In this document: one piece after another, positions 41,801-54,376 of the stretch
Layout of the letters: each line of letters begins with the position of its first letter
Numbering within the stretch: the stretch's first letter is position 1
Assembly (NCBI GenBank): GCA_051362555.1
Contig: CM120640.1
Span: 12,586,001 to 12,650,000, forward strand
Source of the DNA: Lingula anatina
Taxonomy: Eukaryota > Animalia > Brachiopoda
Direction of reading: 5' to 3'
DNA length: 64,000 nt
Position numbers and translations under genes: made by a program
The notes under the pieces: model-generated
Told to the model about the DNA's origin: nothing
Databases searched by the model: none
What the model saw: the letters and a program-made list of their open reading frames with translations, nothing else

Positions 41801-44800
41801 CTGTGTGTTGTTGTGAACTCCGGCAAGCCCAATTTCACAATTTGTAGTCGGTGGAGCGTATGTAACAACAAAATAGTCATCTCCGAGAGCGTCGACTGGT
41901 AAACCTAAAAAGCCATCGGTGGAATATTCTTCTTTGTTGATACCGTATACAACCAAGTCATCGCTTGCCGTTACCAAAATACCTTGGTTGGTCTTTCTGG
42001 TTCCGCTCATTCTTAATTCATATGGAAGGTCTATTTTGTTCACCGTTTCAGGGCTTACAGTGATAGAACGGACGACACTACTCATTGCAGTTCTCACGTT
42101 CACCGTGACGTTATTTGTGACCTTGCTACTGGGGGTAACCCAGAGTTCAAGGGGATTCCTTTTGGGAAATTCGATGCGGTTTTCCATGAACATCAGCATA
42201 AAATCCTTCCCACTGCTGTCCACAAAAGTAACAATTTCTGAAAATAATTAATGCAAATTTACTTAAACACAGAGGGTGCGATATTTGTACATCAAAACAG
42301 TTGGGGAACATTTGACAACAATTCATAAATTAAATCTGCTAAATATACAGATTTCAAAAAGTCAGGAATCAGAGATGAAAAAAAAACTTATGATCGCGAC
42401 AGATGGTATATTTTTATGGGAGTGATCAAGTACGTTTGGAAAATACGCCTGCAAATGGGCGTTTGAGTGAAAAAACACTGGAAGTCAATATTTTCTCAGT
42501 TAAAAATTTAGTGTGAATGATTTCTTGCGACAAATCACCTGAAAGTAAACGTGCAATGGGTTCTTACAGTCGCATTAAAATAATCTTTTTGCTCGGAGTT
42601 TATTAATATTTAAGTTACGGCTCCTTTCTCTTACCAGAAAAAGCAGATCGTTTTTTCCTAGTTGGCGCAGCAGCGATTTCACACTTGTCAGCTGTAGTTT
42701 CGTTGTCCCACACTGTAACATTAGCACGCGAGAGATGGTACCCGCTAGGACACGCGCAGTAGTAACTTCCCACTGTGTTGACACAGTAGTGGGAACAGCC
42801 GCCGTTGTTTATTGCACACTCGTTGACGTCCGCGGCTTGTGGTGGTGGCGCTATGCATTCGTGCATATCGCTGCTAAGTTGAAATCCATCTCGACAAGAA
42901 CAGAAATAGCTGCCTACCGTGTCGTTGCAAAAGTGTTCACACCCGCCATTCATCCTTGCACACTCGTTTACATCTAACAAAAAAATGTGGTATGTAAGTA
43001 GCATTAAAATGTCATAACCAAAATTTGGAAGTGTCTATCAACTGTTACGTGTTCCTCGATTCAAATTTATGTGGTTGGTCCAGCATTAACTACTTTTAAG
43101 GTACTTACTGTGACAAGTTGACATATTCAGAGGCACTACGACATTATATGTTGTGCGGCATTCACACGTTGTGTATTCTTGTTCCCGTGCGACACAGTCA
43201 ACGTTTTGATCTAAGAGAAATACAAAGTAGTCATCCGTCAATAATTAGAATGGCTATATTACAAGGGGCGACAAACGACCATTAGGCCCCATTCCCATAG
43301 ACACGTAGGTCTACGTGGAGACCAAATTCTGCGGGGATTCTGTTTGAGTGCAATCATTTTAACAGGTACTACGACATTATATGTTGTGCGGCATTCACAC
43401 GTCGCCTCCTCCTGGCTTTAAGTAGAATACAGATAAGCTGGTGATTATACGAGTACGTTGAAAACAAGAGGAGGCGTTTTCAGTTAAGCTGATTGTACTT
43501 AGCGAGAATCCACGCAGAGTTTGGTTGATCTACGTAGATCAGTGGTGTGTCTGTGGGAAAGGGGTCTTAGACTAGAATGGCAAACCTCAAACTGGTTTTG
43601 GTGCTCCTTTTCCGGTTTTTATTACAACACTAATCAAATTAAGTGGTGGTTATAAACAAAAGAATAAATGATGAAAAACCATATAACCGTACGTTTACAC
43701 CTATCAGAAAAGATACCGCATGCGAGTGCACTTTAAATAAAATTATGCATGGATACCGTTTCCAAATTTAGATTTGAGAAAAGACAAGTGAAGCGGTTTA
43801 TCAACAAAACTATATAGATTACGATATGGTGCTAGCGGGTCTCACAATTGACAATCACTACCTTGTTATTGCTTACCTAAGCAATAACTGCCATTAAACG
43901 GTAACGAGGTACCATCTCCCATCAAGCAAGTGCAGTAGGAGCCGCTTGCGTCATTGTGGCAGGTGACTGAAAGATAAGACGTAACTGTCACTGAGCACTA
44001 CTATCACCTATGGAGCCTCATTCTTCACCCAAACCCAATATAGAGGTACAAATTAGGTCACAGGCATGCTCTTAAAAATATTTAGTGCACAGATTACAAA
44101 CTATGTTTGATTATTTTATGGTACCATTTCAAATAGTTTGTATCAAAGTTTTAACTCTCCTGTAACCATGAATAATAAAAAATAATTCATCGTTTAACAA
44201 ATGCAAAACGTCCGGCTGTGGAAACGTTTAACTCAATTTGAAAAATCAATCGTCACTGGTTTTGTTCTTTAATTTATCTCCTACAAGTATAACGTTGTAA
44301 AAAATATGATAATCTTCTGCATGGAGCAGTTCATATTTTTTGAAAGACTAAAGTTTGCTTGTTACCCTACTGACAGTAAAATAAACACTAAATATTTTCT
44401 AAACTATTTTCCATTCGCGGTCCAAATATTATATCAGATGTGTTAAACTTTTATAAAATCACAGTGTTTTTCAGTCAGCAACAAAAACCCCGTTTCCTAT
44501 AGCAACTAGTACTTGGGCAAGATGAAGCTTTCCGACATTTTTCTGGGGAACATACGTGACGTAGTATTAGCCATGACGCAAAGCCCGTGAGTAACAGTTT
44601 AAAATATTTATAAAAACATCCTTACGTCACATATATTTACTTTGACTAAATCACTACAAAATATATAGGAACGCGATATGAAAATTTAAATAAATAAATA
44701 AATAAATTTAAACATACGTTACCATTTAGGCTCCTTAAATAATGTATAGATGTGGTCAAAAATAAATGTCGGTGTAAAATTCAAACAGCCGTGGATTTTT

Positions 44801-47800
44801 GTTCTATACACTTGTTGAAAAATTGAATACAACTTCGGATTCATTCAATTTTATTCTTTGATACTTAAACATGTGAAATGCACTTCTATATTGGTTTTGG
44901 ATGTCGTATTAAAATACTTTATACCAGGATCACTTCACAGTATTTCCCGTATGCATGAAAAGTAAGAACTCAAGTGGAAGCAAATCGGAAGAAAAGATAA
45001 AAATAATTACGGAGAACGGATGCTACATGATTACACGCTTTTTCACAAGTATCTAAGCAAATACGTAAAACAAACCGTAAAACTGAAAAATTTTCATAAT
45101 AGAATTAACCGCGACTCTATAGCCACAAGAATATGAAATGTTCCCATTACAACTTACCTACAGGTCCCTCTCCCAGCTGGAAAATGAAACCGCAACAACA
45201 AATAAAATTTATAACGCAATTTTCAAAAAGAGTTATGGAAATATCGGTAACAATTAATATTATAATGTATTATTATATGTATTAGTTTTTTTTATACCAG
45301 TGAATGGGTTACTTGCTACATGTATATTCTGGTACAAAGTTTCTTAGTTCTAAAACAAGGGCGACTTACCGGATTGATAATTTCAAGTTTGGTGCCTATG
45401 GGATAGGCATAGCTCTCCCTGTCTCCACCGCCATACAAAATACCCATGAAACGAACAGAAGAGTCAGAGTGAATCAGAGTCTGGGCCTGCTCTTCAGTGC
45501 CAGCGGGCAGAGTAACAAAACCACCCACATAGTCCGTGTCTCCTATCGTAGTCCAAGTTGCTTGGATGGTCTGTCCGTTTAGTTGTAGTTCAGTCTCCTT
45601 TCCCCTCGGAATGACCATCATGAAATAGTTGGTGTAGCTGGTGCTGGTTGCAGAAGATGTAGTGGCGAAGCGATAATGTGAAGAGTACTGCTCGATTGGA
45701 GGGACGACAATCATGGATGGATCTGCAGGTTCGGACGGGTTTCTCTGGCTTTTCACAAACTGCACTACCAGGATGGGTTTGTCGGACGATATATGAGTGA
45801 ATTCTGAAGAGCCAATGCTTAGCGTCCTGAAACCGCCAGCGTCATTTATATTGTAGATCTCTGCGGCAACACTTGCTGACCTCTTCAGCGTTACCTTGGT
45901 ATTAGCCTGGCTTGCTATAATCTTGAAGTGGTCCCCGACGGTTCGTTGGGGAATGGGAACGGTGGCGAAATTTTTACCCCAGGACTGAACGGGGGGTATT
46001 TGTTCAACGAGATGGTCCCTTGATATCCCAGTGTCAACAACAGTCCTGATGTTTCCACTAAATAAGGCAATGGGTTTGTCGGACACAATGTGGGTACCTG
46101 TCAGATCGGTGTCCTTGGCACTTTGGATTTCCAAACTTGAGTATCGGTTTACTGTGACATTGATGACTCCGCCATTACCGTACTCGACACCGGCGTAAGC
46201 AACTTTGACGGGAGGAGAGGCTTTGGCAGGAAGCGTTATCCTCACAGATGTCCCATCGTGAACACCAGCTATGCCAAACTCACAAGCGTACGTCGCTGGC
46301 GAGTAGCAGACAGTGTAGTATTCCAAACCCAGCACACTGGCTGGAAGACCAAGGAAACCGTCATTGGAAAACTTGTGCTTGTTGACGCCGTACACGACGA
46401 TCTCTTGTTGTGACTGTATCAGTATTCCTTTATTATCCAAAGCGGTGCCTTGCATTCTCATAGCCCATGGGATAGTGACCATTAAAACTTTATTGGGTAA
46501 GAGTTCTTTTGACTGCGCAATGTAATTACCATTGAGGTGGTACGATATATTGAATGTGAAAGGTGGCGTTGCATTGAATCCCGGGGCGATGAAAAGCTCA
46601 AGATCCAGCGTTGTATCATATTCGTCGACTCGATTTTCCATGAACATAACGGCGAATTCTGTGCCTGCACTATCCTTTATTGTTATTGAAGCTGGAATCC
46701 AATTCAAGGTTGAAAACTTAATTTCTAATTCTTATAAACATCTACTAAAGAAGCTACTGGAAACCTGAACTTTGGATATCGCACATTGCCTAAGCTATTA
46801 AACAATACCTCAATGTCATTTTGTGAAGAAAAAATTGACGATACTTCTTTGTTCATCTTTAGTGATATATATTATTGATATAAAACTTGAAAAACCGGAA
46901 AAAAAATCAAGGGCTAACCTGGGATGTCTCGTTTTCTCCTATTTCCTGGGGTTGGGAACCCTAACAAAAATCAACAAAATATTAACTGATACACGTAAAA
47001 CTTATAGACCGATAACAATCAAGATTTGAAAATGTATGTAGAAAAATATCTGCTTTTGGTTTTAATTCTTACAATACTATAATACATGTACTGTAACTTT
47101 CATCTTTTGGTTTCTTTTAATTGTATATGGTTCACACATTTCCTGAAAAAAAAACAGGATATATATATATATTTTTTTTTTTTTTGGGGGGGGGGGTGTT
47201 CTATATTTTTCTCCAAAAGACATACAGTCCTTGCTTAGTACCAGACTCGATTATATAAATAAAATCAAACATAAAAGTAACAATACATACTTGCACACCC
47301 GCTGGCTTCTGTATCTGTGGGCCATACTGTTAAGTCCGCTAGGGTTAAGGAATATCCCTGACGACAAGCACAGTAAAAGCTGCCGATGGTGTTCACACAG
47401 ATCTGGGAGCAACCGCCATTGTTCACAAGACATTCGTCTGTGTCTTCTGTAACCTCGCCTGCAACGCAAAAGGACAGTTAGTGTCGGTATCAAGTCGTCA
47501 TAACAAAACAAATGCCAGTTGTAGTTTGCAATCATCATGAACACAAAAGCACTTCGAGCTACAATTTTTTAATGAAAAAAATGTAGTCTGTGAAACAAAA
47601 TGAATGTACGTGGAACTAATGCACAATGTGTAAGTTGTTCAATTGCCAAAAGAAATTACCAGAAGGTCCAGTAGGGCCCATCGAACCAGTGGCTCCAGAT
47701 ACACCTCTATCACCCTTTAATCCGGCAGCACCTGTAGGGCCACGGACTCCAGAAACCCCAACTTCTCCCTTGGGTCCCGTGGGACCTCTAGCTCCAATTT

Positions 47801-50194
47801 GTCCAGTAAAGCCAATGGGACCTGAAATCCCAGTGCGTCCAGCAGGCCCTGTCGCACCTGTAGGGCCTATGTTTCCAATTGGGCCAGTTGGACCATGTGG
47901 TCCACTTATACCCTGCTCTCCTTTTTGCCCGGTTGGGCCCGTTGCTCCTGTTCGACCATGTGGGCCGCTTATCCCAGTGCTACCAGTAGGGCCAACAGAT
48001 CCAGTTAAGCCATTCGCACCCCTTGCGCCGGTTGCTCCTACTGGACCTGTTTGACCAGTGTTCCCAACTGGTCCAGTGTTGCCTGTAGCGCCAGTTACAC
48101 CGGACTGACCCTGTGCACCTGTGAGACCGTTTGCGCCTGTTGGTCCTGTGCTACCCGTCCTACCCACTGGCCCAGTATTCCCAACTGCACCTTGAGCACC
48201 AGTTTGACCTGTGGGACCTATAAGGGGAAATATTCAATCATTTTTTATACTTACTATTATTTGCACAAATCTGACAATACAGTCTTAAATCTGATAACGA
48301 ATTGTTCAATAAGAGATATACAGAGGGGGGATATATATATATATATAAGGGAAGGCTCACCGACTGGTCCTGTCGTTCCTTGTCTGCCAGTTGGGCCTTC
48401 AGCTCCTGTCTGTCCAGAAGCGCCCGTGTTTCCAACTACACCTTTAATTCCCTTGGCTCCTTTCTCTCCAGTGCCGCCAGTCGGCCCAATAAGTCCACGT
48501 TGTCCTGATATACCCTGTTCACCTTTCATTCCCTTCATTCCTGTGGGTCCTGTTGCCCCTGTGCGTCCAATTGGTCCAGTAGGCCCCTGGGCGCCCGTCG
48601 CACCAACCGCACCAGTGGGCCCTGTAGCGCCCGTTCTTCCCGTTAATCCAGGGACACCCTTTACACCTTTACCGCCCGTTGTACCTTGTGCTCCAGTTGG
48701 TCCAGCATTACCAGTTATACCTTGCGGTCCAGTGGATCCTGTTCTGCCGGTTAGCCCACTCTGCCCCTGGCTGCCTGTGGGACCATCTGGGCCAGTAGGT
48801 CCCAGTCTTCCTGTTATACCAGAGTTACCTTGGACACCTTTAGCACCTGTTGGTCCAACTGGTCCTGTGGGCCCGGAATTACCTTGAGCTCCTGTTGATC
48901 CTGTCAACCCCTGTATCCCTACTCTACCCATGGGTCCTGTGCTTCCAACTGGCCCTGTCCGTCCAGGAACACCGGTCTGTCCTTGGATCCCTTGCATGCC
49001 TCTCTGACCAGTTGGACCTGCTGAACCTGTGATACCAGACGCTCCTTGTTGTCCTCTCATTCCAGTGGGTCCCATGGCCCCGGTTAAACCACTTACTCCT
49101 TGTTGCCCTTTCGCCCCTTTTGCACCAGTAGGACCAGCCCGTCCAGTTATTCCAGAAACACCCTGAGTTCCCTTTTGGCCTTTGGGTCCTGTAGTTCCAG
49201 TGGGGCCTGACGCACCAATCATGCCTTTTGCTCCTGTAGGTCCAGAAGCGCCAGTTATTCCAGTCTGTCCGGTTCGTCCTTGAGGACCTGATGACCCCAT
49301 GCTCCCAGTCCGGCCAGTCGGTCCAGAACTTCCTTGAGCACCTGTAGATCCTACAGCACCTTGATGGCCAGTAGAACCAGTTCTTCCCTCAGGGCCACTA
49401 ACGCCCTGTATACCTTGTGTTCCCTTTTGACCTTTTTGTCCTGCGGCCCCGGTCGGTCCAGATGCACCAACATCTCCTTGTGCGCCAGTGCTCCCTGTGG
49501 GTCCAACCACACCAGAAACACCTTGTGCCCCCTTTTGGCCTTTCTCCCCAGTTCTCCCCTGTGCGCCAGTGGGTCCTGTGGCTCCAGTCCTACCAAATGG
49601 GCCAGTGACACCTTGACTGCCCTGGTTGCCTTTTTGTCCTGTTGCTCCTGTTCTGCCGACCGGACCTGTGTTTCCCTGTGCTCCAGTTGATCCAACGGGG
49701 CCGTTTGGTCCGGTTTGCCCGGTATTCCCAGTTACACCCTGTGCGCCAGTTGGACCTTAAAAGGTGTAAAGAAACTTAGAAATCTTAGCACTGAAGGGAC
49801 CACTGGTCACGAAGTGCAAACACTTATAAGTCAACAGCGTGCTTTTATTGAGATGATTGGAGTTAGAGAATTGAATCAAACATCCGCTTTATATAAAACA
49901 GATACATAAAGAAATCTTCAAATGATTATCCTGTTCTTCGCTCTAAAAACTAGCCTGACAAAAACCATTTAATATATATAAACACATTCACGACGCTAAT
50001 TATGCAGCTCACCTGCCAATCCTGTTAACCCTGTTTGGCCAATGGCACCTTTTTGTCCAGTTGCTCCCGTTACTCCAATCATACCTCTCTCCCCTTTAGG
50101 TCCAGTGGCACCGACTGAACCTGTTGGACCAGAATTACCTTGGCGACCTATTACAATAAATAAACTTGTATTAAAGAGCTGAATAATACTGCAT

Positions 50195-50257
<63 letters not shown>

Positions 50258-53200
50258 CGGAGTTGGAAACAGCCGAACAAAATAAACAAATAGAGGAAGA
50301 TGCCTGCCGGCTTGTAGAAACCACACCTGGGCCCTCATATTTTGGGAAGACTGGTGCTTGAAAATTTAATTACCAATCACATATAGTGCACACAATGTGA
50401 AGATCTAGCTGAATGTTACAATTATGAATTATTCTGAGTGATAGATGCCACAACAAGGGTTGTATGCTTTAAGCACGGCAGAAATTTATTTTGAATTAGA
50501 AAATCTAAAGATCGTTAAGCGCTCGAAATGGTTCAATTACATCAAGCTATAAATCCTTTATCCTAAATACTGAAGGTGCATAATTCACCTATTTAACATT
50601 ATGTTTATGCCCATTAAAAGATTGTAGTATAATTCTAATTTTTACAGAAAAAGAAAACGCACCTGTCTGACCAACAGCACCCGTCTGTCCAGCGACACCC
50701 CGCGCACCGGTGGATCCAGTTGGTCCCGTTCTCCCCTGAGCACCGACAGCTCCAGTCTGCCCCCGCTGTCCTGTGGCACCAGTAGGCCCAGTCCTTCCAG
50801 CCACTCCGTTCAGACCAGTCTGGCCAGTGGGACCGGTTCGTCCTTGAATTCCTATACCTTCATCACCTTTAGCACCAGTAGGGCCGCTTGCACCTCGTGG
50901 GCCGGTGTTTCCGACTTGTCCAGTTTCGCCCCTTGGGCCTTAAAAAGGTTTACTTCATTCTGATTTTTATTATCTAACAAAATTTTACATATCAAGAAAA
51001 GGCAAGTTTAGAATGTTAGCCGTTTTAAAGTCGCACACTAAGCATAACAAAGCAAAGAAGGACGCCGTTAAAAAAAAGCGTTCCATTAACATAGGAGCTC
51101 CCCACTGGTGAAAATGATTTATATTTGTCTCCTATACACGCTCAGCAAAGGCGTAACATGTATAACTTAGGATCTTACCGGTTTGGCCAACACGACCTGT
51201 AGCACCAACTGCCCCTGTTTGTCCGGTTTGTCCAACTGGACCAGTATTACCTATAGCTCCCGTCGGCCCTGGCCTTCCATTAGTGCCTCGAGGACCAGTT
51301 GGACCTGAAATTATATGAAAAATACACGAATATTCATCATAAATGAAATATTTATTTTGCTTTGAGATTTTGGGGTATGTAGAGAGAATCTATTTGGAAA
51401 GGTATCTGAAGGAAAAATCAAACATCCGATCGATGTAATACCTTCAATTATGTGTATCATAACAAACCGAAGGATGTGCTTTTAAAACTAATTGAAATAA
51501 TTCCTATATCATTCATCATACATTTAGAATTAGAATAATATAACCATCTTCACTATTCCATGAGTAAATCAATTTTGCGAAAATTGCTGCATCGCACAAA
51601 AAAAACTTTATTATTTATTAAAGACAAAAGTTTTTGTAAAATTGTTCCTTACCTTGAATTCCCTTTGGTCCAGTCATTCCGTTGAGCCCTGCCAGGCCAG
51701 GCGGCCCTGTAGCTCCTGCCCGACCTTTCTCACCTTTAGGGCCAGCATTTCCAGTCATTCCTACGATGATTCAAGAAAATACGGATACACTTTGTTACAG
51801 AATGTTACAAGTAGGAAATCCTTCAACAATACTATTCCCGACATGCAAAATTGGTATATTTTTATCATCACTTAAATAAATAAAAACTGAGAACTTCTAC
51901 TTAATTATAGAATCAAAAATTCTCAAGAATCGTTCGATTGCATCCGCCATGGGCTGCCTCAAACCGTCACGTCAGCGATGGCTGTCAGCGGTTGATAACC
52001 AATTCTTGCTGGTTTTATTTAGTGAACTATTCTTCTTCAGCTAATATTTTTTTACTTGGGCTTATCATTATGAATAATCTGCAAAGATGTCCCTCCACTT
52101 TTCTATGGCTAAAGAATACATTACAATGCAAATCTCCACTATGAATACAAAAAAATAATAATAATAATAATTTATTGAGCACTAAAATGTTTCAGTACAT
52201 TTTGCAGGCCCTCTTAACTAATTGTGTTATACATACATGTAAAATATATCTAGACCTATTATCACACTTATGTGATATCAGGCTTACATGCATAAATGTA
52301 ATTATATGTTTCATAATTACGTTATATACGTAATCTACACTATCTAGAGGCACTTAAGAAAAAAAATTGCCTGTTAAATACTTAAACAGCCTCTGGCCAC
52401 CAGTTGTACCAGTACCTCTGAATGCAGAAATTACCTTGTACACCTGGGTTACCACTTTGTCCCGTGGGTCCGGCTGCACCAGTTGGTCCTGCAACTCCAG
52501 CGGCACCTGATGGTCCTGTAGGTCCCACAGAGCCAGGGCCACCTTGAAGGCCTGTGGGTCCCGTGGGTCCAGCGGCCCCTGTGGCTCCAGCAGGCCCTGT
52601 GGGTCCGGTGGCACCAACAATGACAACAGGGCTTGGGGTAGTAGGCTAAAATTAAGAGAATAAGTAATAAAAAGAAAATGTTCAAGATACCCGGTGAAAA
52701 TTTAAAGTATTGAGTTTCACTGTCAAAATGGTTAAAACATGTTTTAAAAATTATTCTGAAACTTACTATTGGGTTGAGGGTCACGAGTCGCATCCCCAGT
52801 GGAAACCCATAGCTTTCTTTGTCACCTGCTCCGTACAGGACACCCATGAAAGTTACACTACCACTAGTGTGAGAAAGCTCAAACGATGCAGACGAGCTTG
52901 GGATATTGAAGTCGGTCCCCATATATGGTGTCCCAGGAATGGGCTTCCAGTCAATGCTAGTTATTCCGAACGCCTGGAGCGTTTTGCCATTAATCAGCAA
53001 CCCAGCAGTTTGGTCTTGGCGAATGGTGACCAAAAAGTGGTTGACGTAAGTGCCCCGCGCAGCCTGCGGTAGAGAAAATTGGTACTTGGAGTCATATTGC
53101 TCCATCGGCGGGACAATGATCATGGACGGATCGGCCAAATCAGCATTGCTCGTCTGGCTGTACACAATTTGTGTCACCAAAATTGGTTTGGTGGCAAAGA

Positions 53201-54335
53201 CATAGGAATTCCCGGATATGATGGTTTGATAAAAGTCACCGGCGCGTGCAATATTGTGGAGGAAAGTACCACTGGTGTTGGTTATGCCAACAATAGTATT
53301 GGCAGAACCACCGATAATTTTAATGAGATCTCCGGTCGGTCGATCCGGAATTGGAACTATTGAGAAGTTTTTACCCCAAGATTCAACAGGTGGGAGCTGT
53401 TCCACCAGATGATCGCGAGAGACGCCATTGACACTAGTTCTCGCGTTACCGCTGAATACAGATATTTTCTTCGTTGACATGATGTGGGTTCCAGTCAAAT
53501 CGGCTTGATTCCCGCTTTGAATTTGAAGAGTATGATGTTTGTTCATTGTAATATTGAAAGAGTCGCCATTTGTGTAGACTTGACCTAAAAAGTTGACTCC
53601 AATGGATTGTCCAGTTCCTTGGCGCTGGGGAAACGTTACCGTAACCACGGTGCCATCTTCTAAAGCAGCAAGACCAAATTCGCACGTGTACGTTGGTGGG
53701 GCGTAAGACACCGTGTAATATTCCTGACCAACGGCATCAGATGGTATAGCTAAAAACCCGTCGGTGGAGAACTCCTCTTTGTTAACCCCATAAATAACCA
53801 CATCTTCTGAGGCTTCTATATGGACACCTCTATTAGATAATGACGAATCGCGTGGCATTCTGAACTCGGCTGGTATGAGCATGTGACCCACCGTGTTGGA
53901 TGAGAATGTAACAACTTGATTTGAGGAACTGCTTTGAAAAATCTGATGAAGTGCCACGCTAACATTTCGTAAAGGTAGGGTGTTGGAATCCACCGGTGTG
54001 ATGAAGAGCTCCAGATTAAAACTGTTCGGGTTTTCGACTCGGTTTTCCATGAACATCAGCATAAACTCCCGCCCCCCACTGTCTATTTCCGTGACAATAA
54101 AATCTGGAAAGGGATAGCAGATTTTAAAAAAGAGCCTGTGGATTAGGGGAGACAGGGGCTAGTTGGACCCCGGGTTAAGTTGGCCACCATCAATTCATGA
54201 CAAAGTTACTATGGGGTAAAAGAATTTATCACATTTTGTAAAGTGACCGTATCCAATAGTGCTAAGAAAGCGTCGGCAGTGAGTCCAAATGAAATAATTT
54301 AGCATCTGAAAGTAACTTTATTAAAGAACCTTGAT

Positions 54336-54376
<41 letters not shown>

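Noticed and set aside
47626-49690. Plus-strand Pro-rich ORFs (47626-48054, 48051-48887, 49334-49690)
   Set aside because: Antisense shadows of the Gly-X-Y codons (GGN read as NCC); the splice signals support only the minus strand.
40778-54062. Treating the three FCGBP-N ORFs as separate tandem genes or as bacterial contamination
   Set aside because: Each has canonical splice sites at both ends, none has its own signal peptide, and all join in frame with the flanking collagen and EGF exons.
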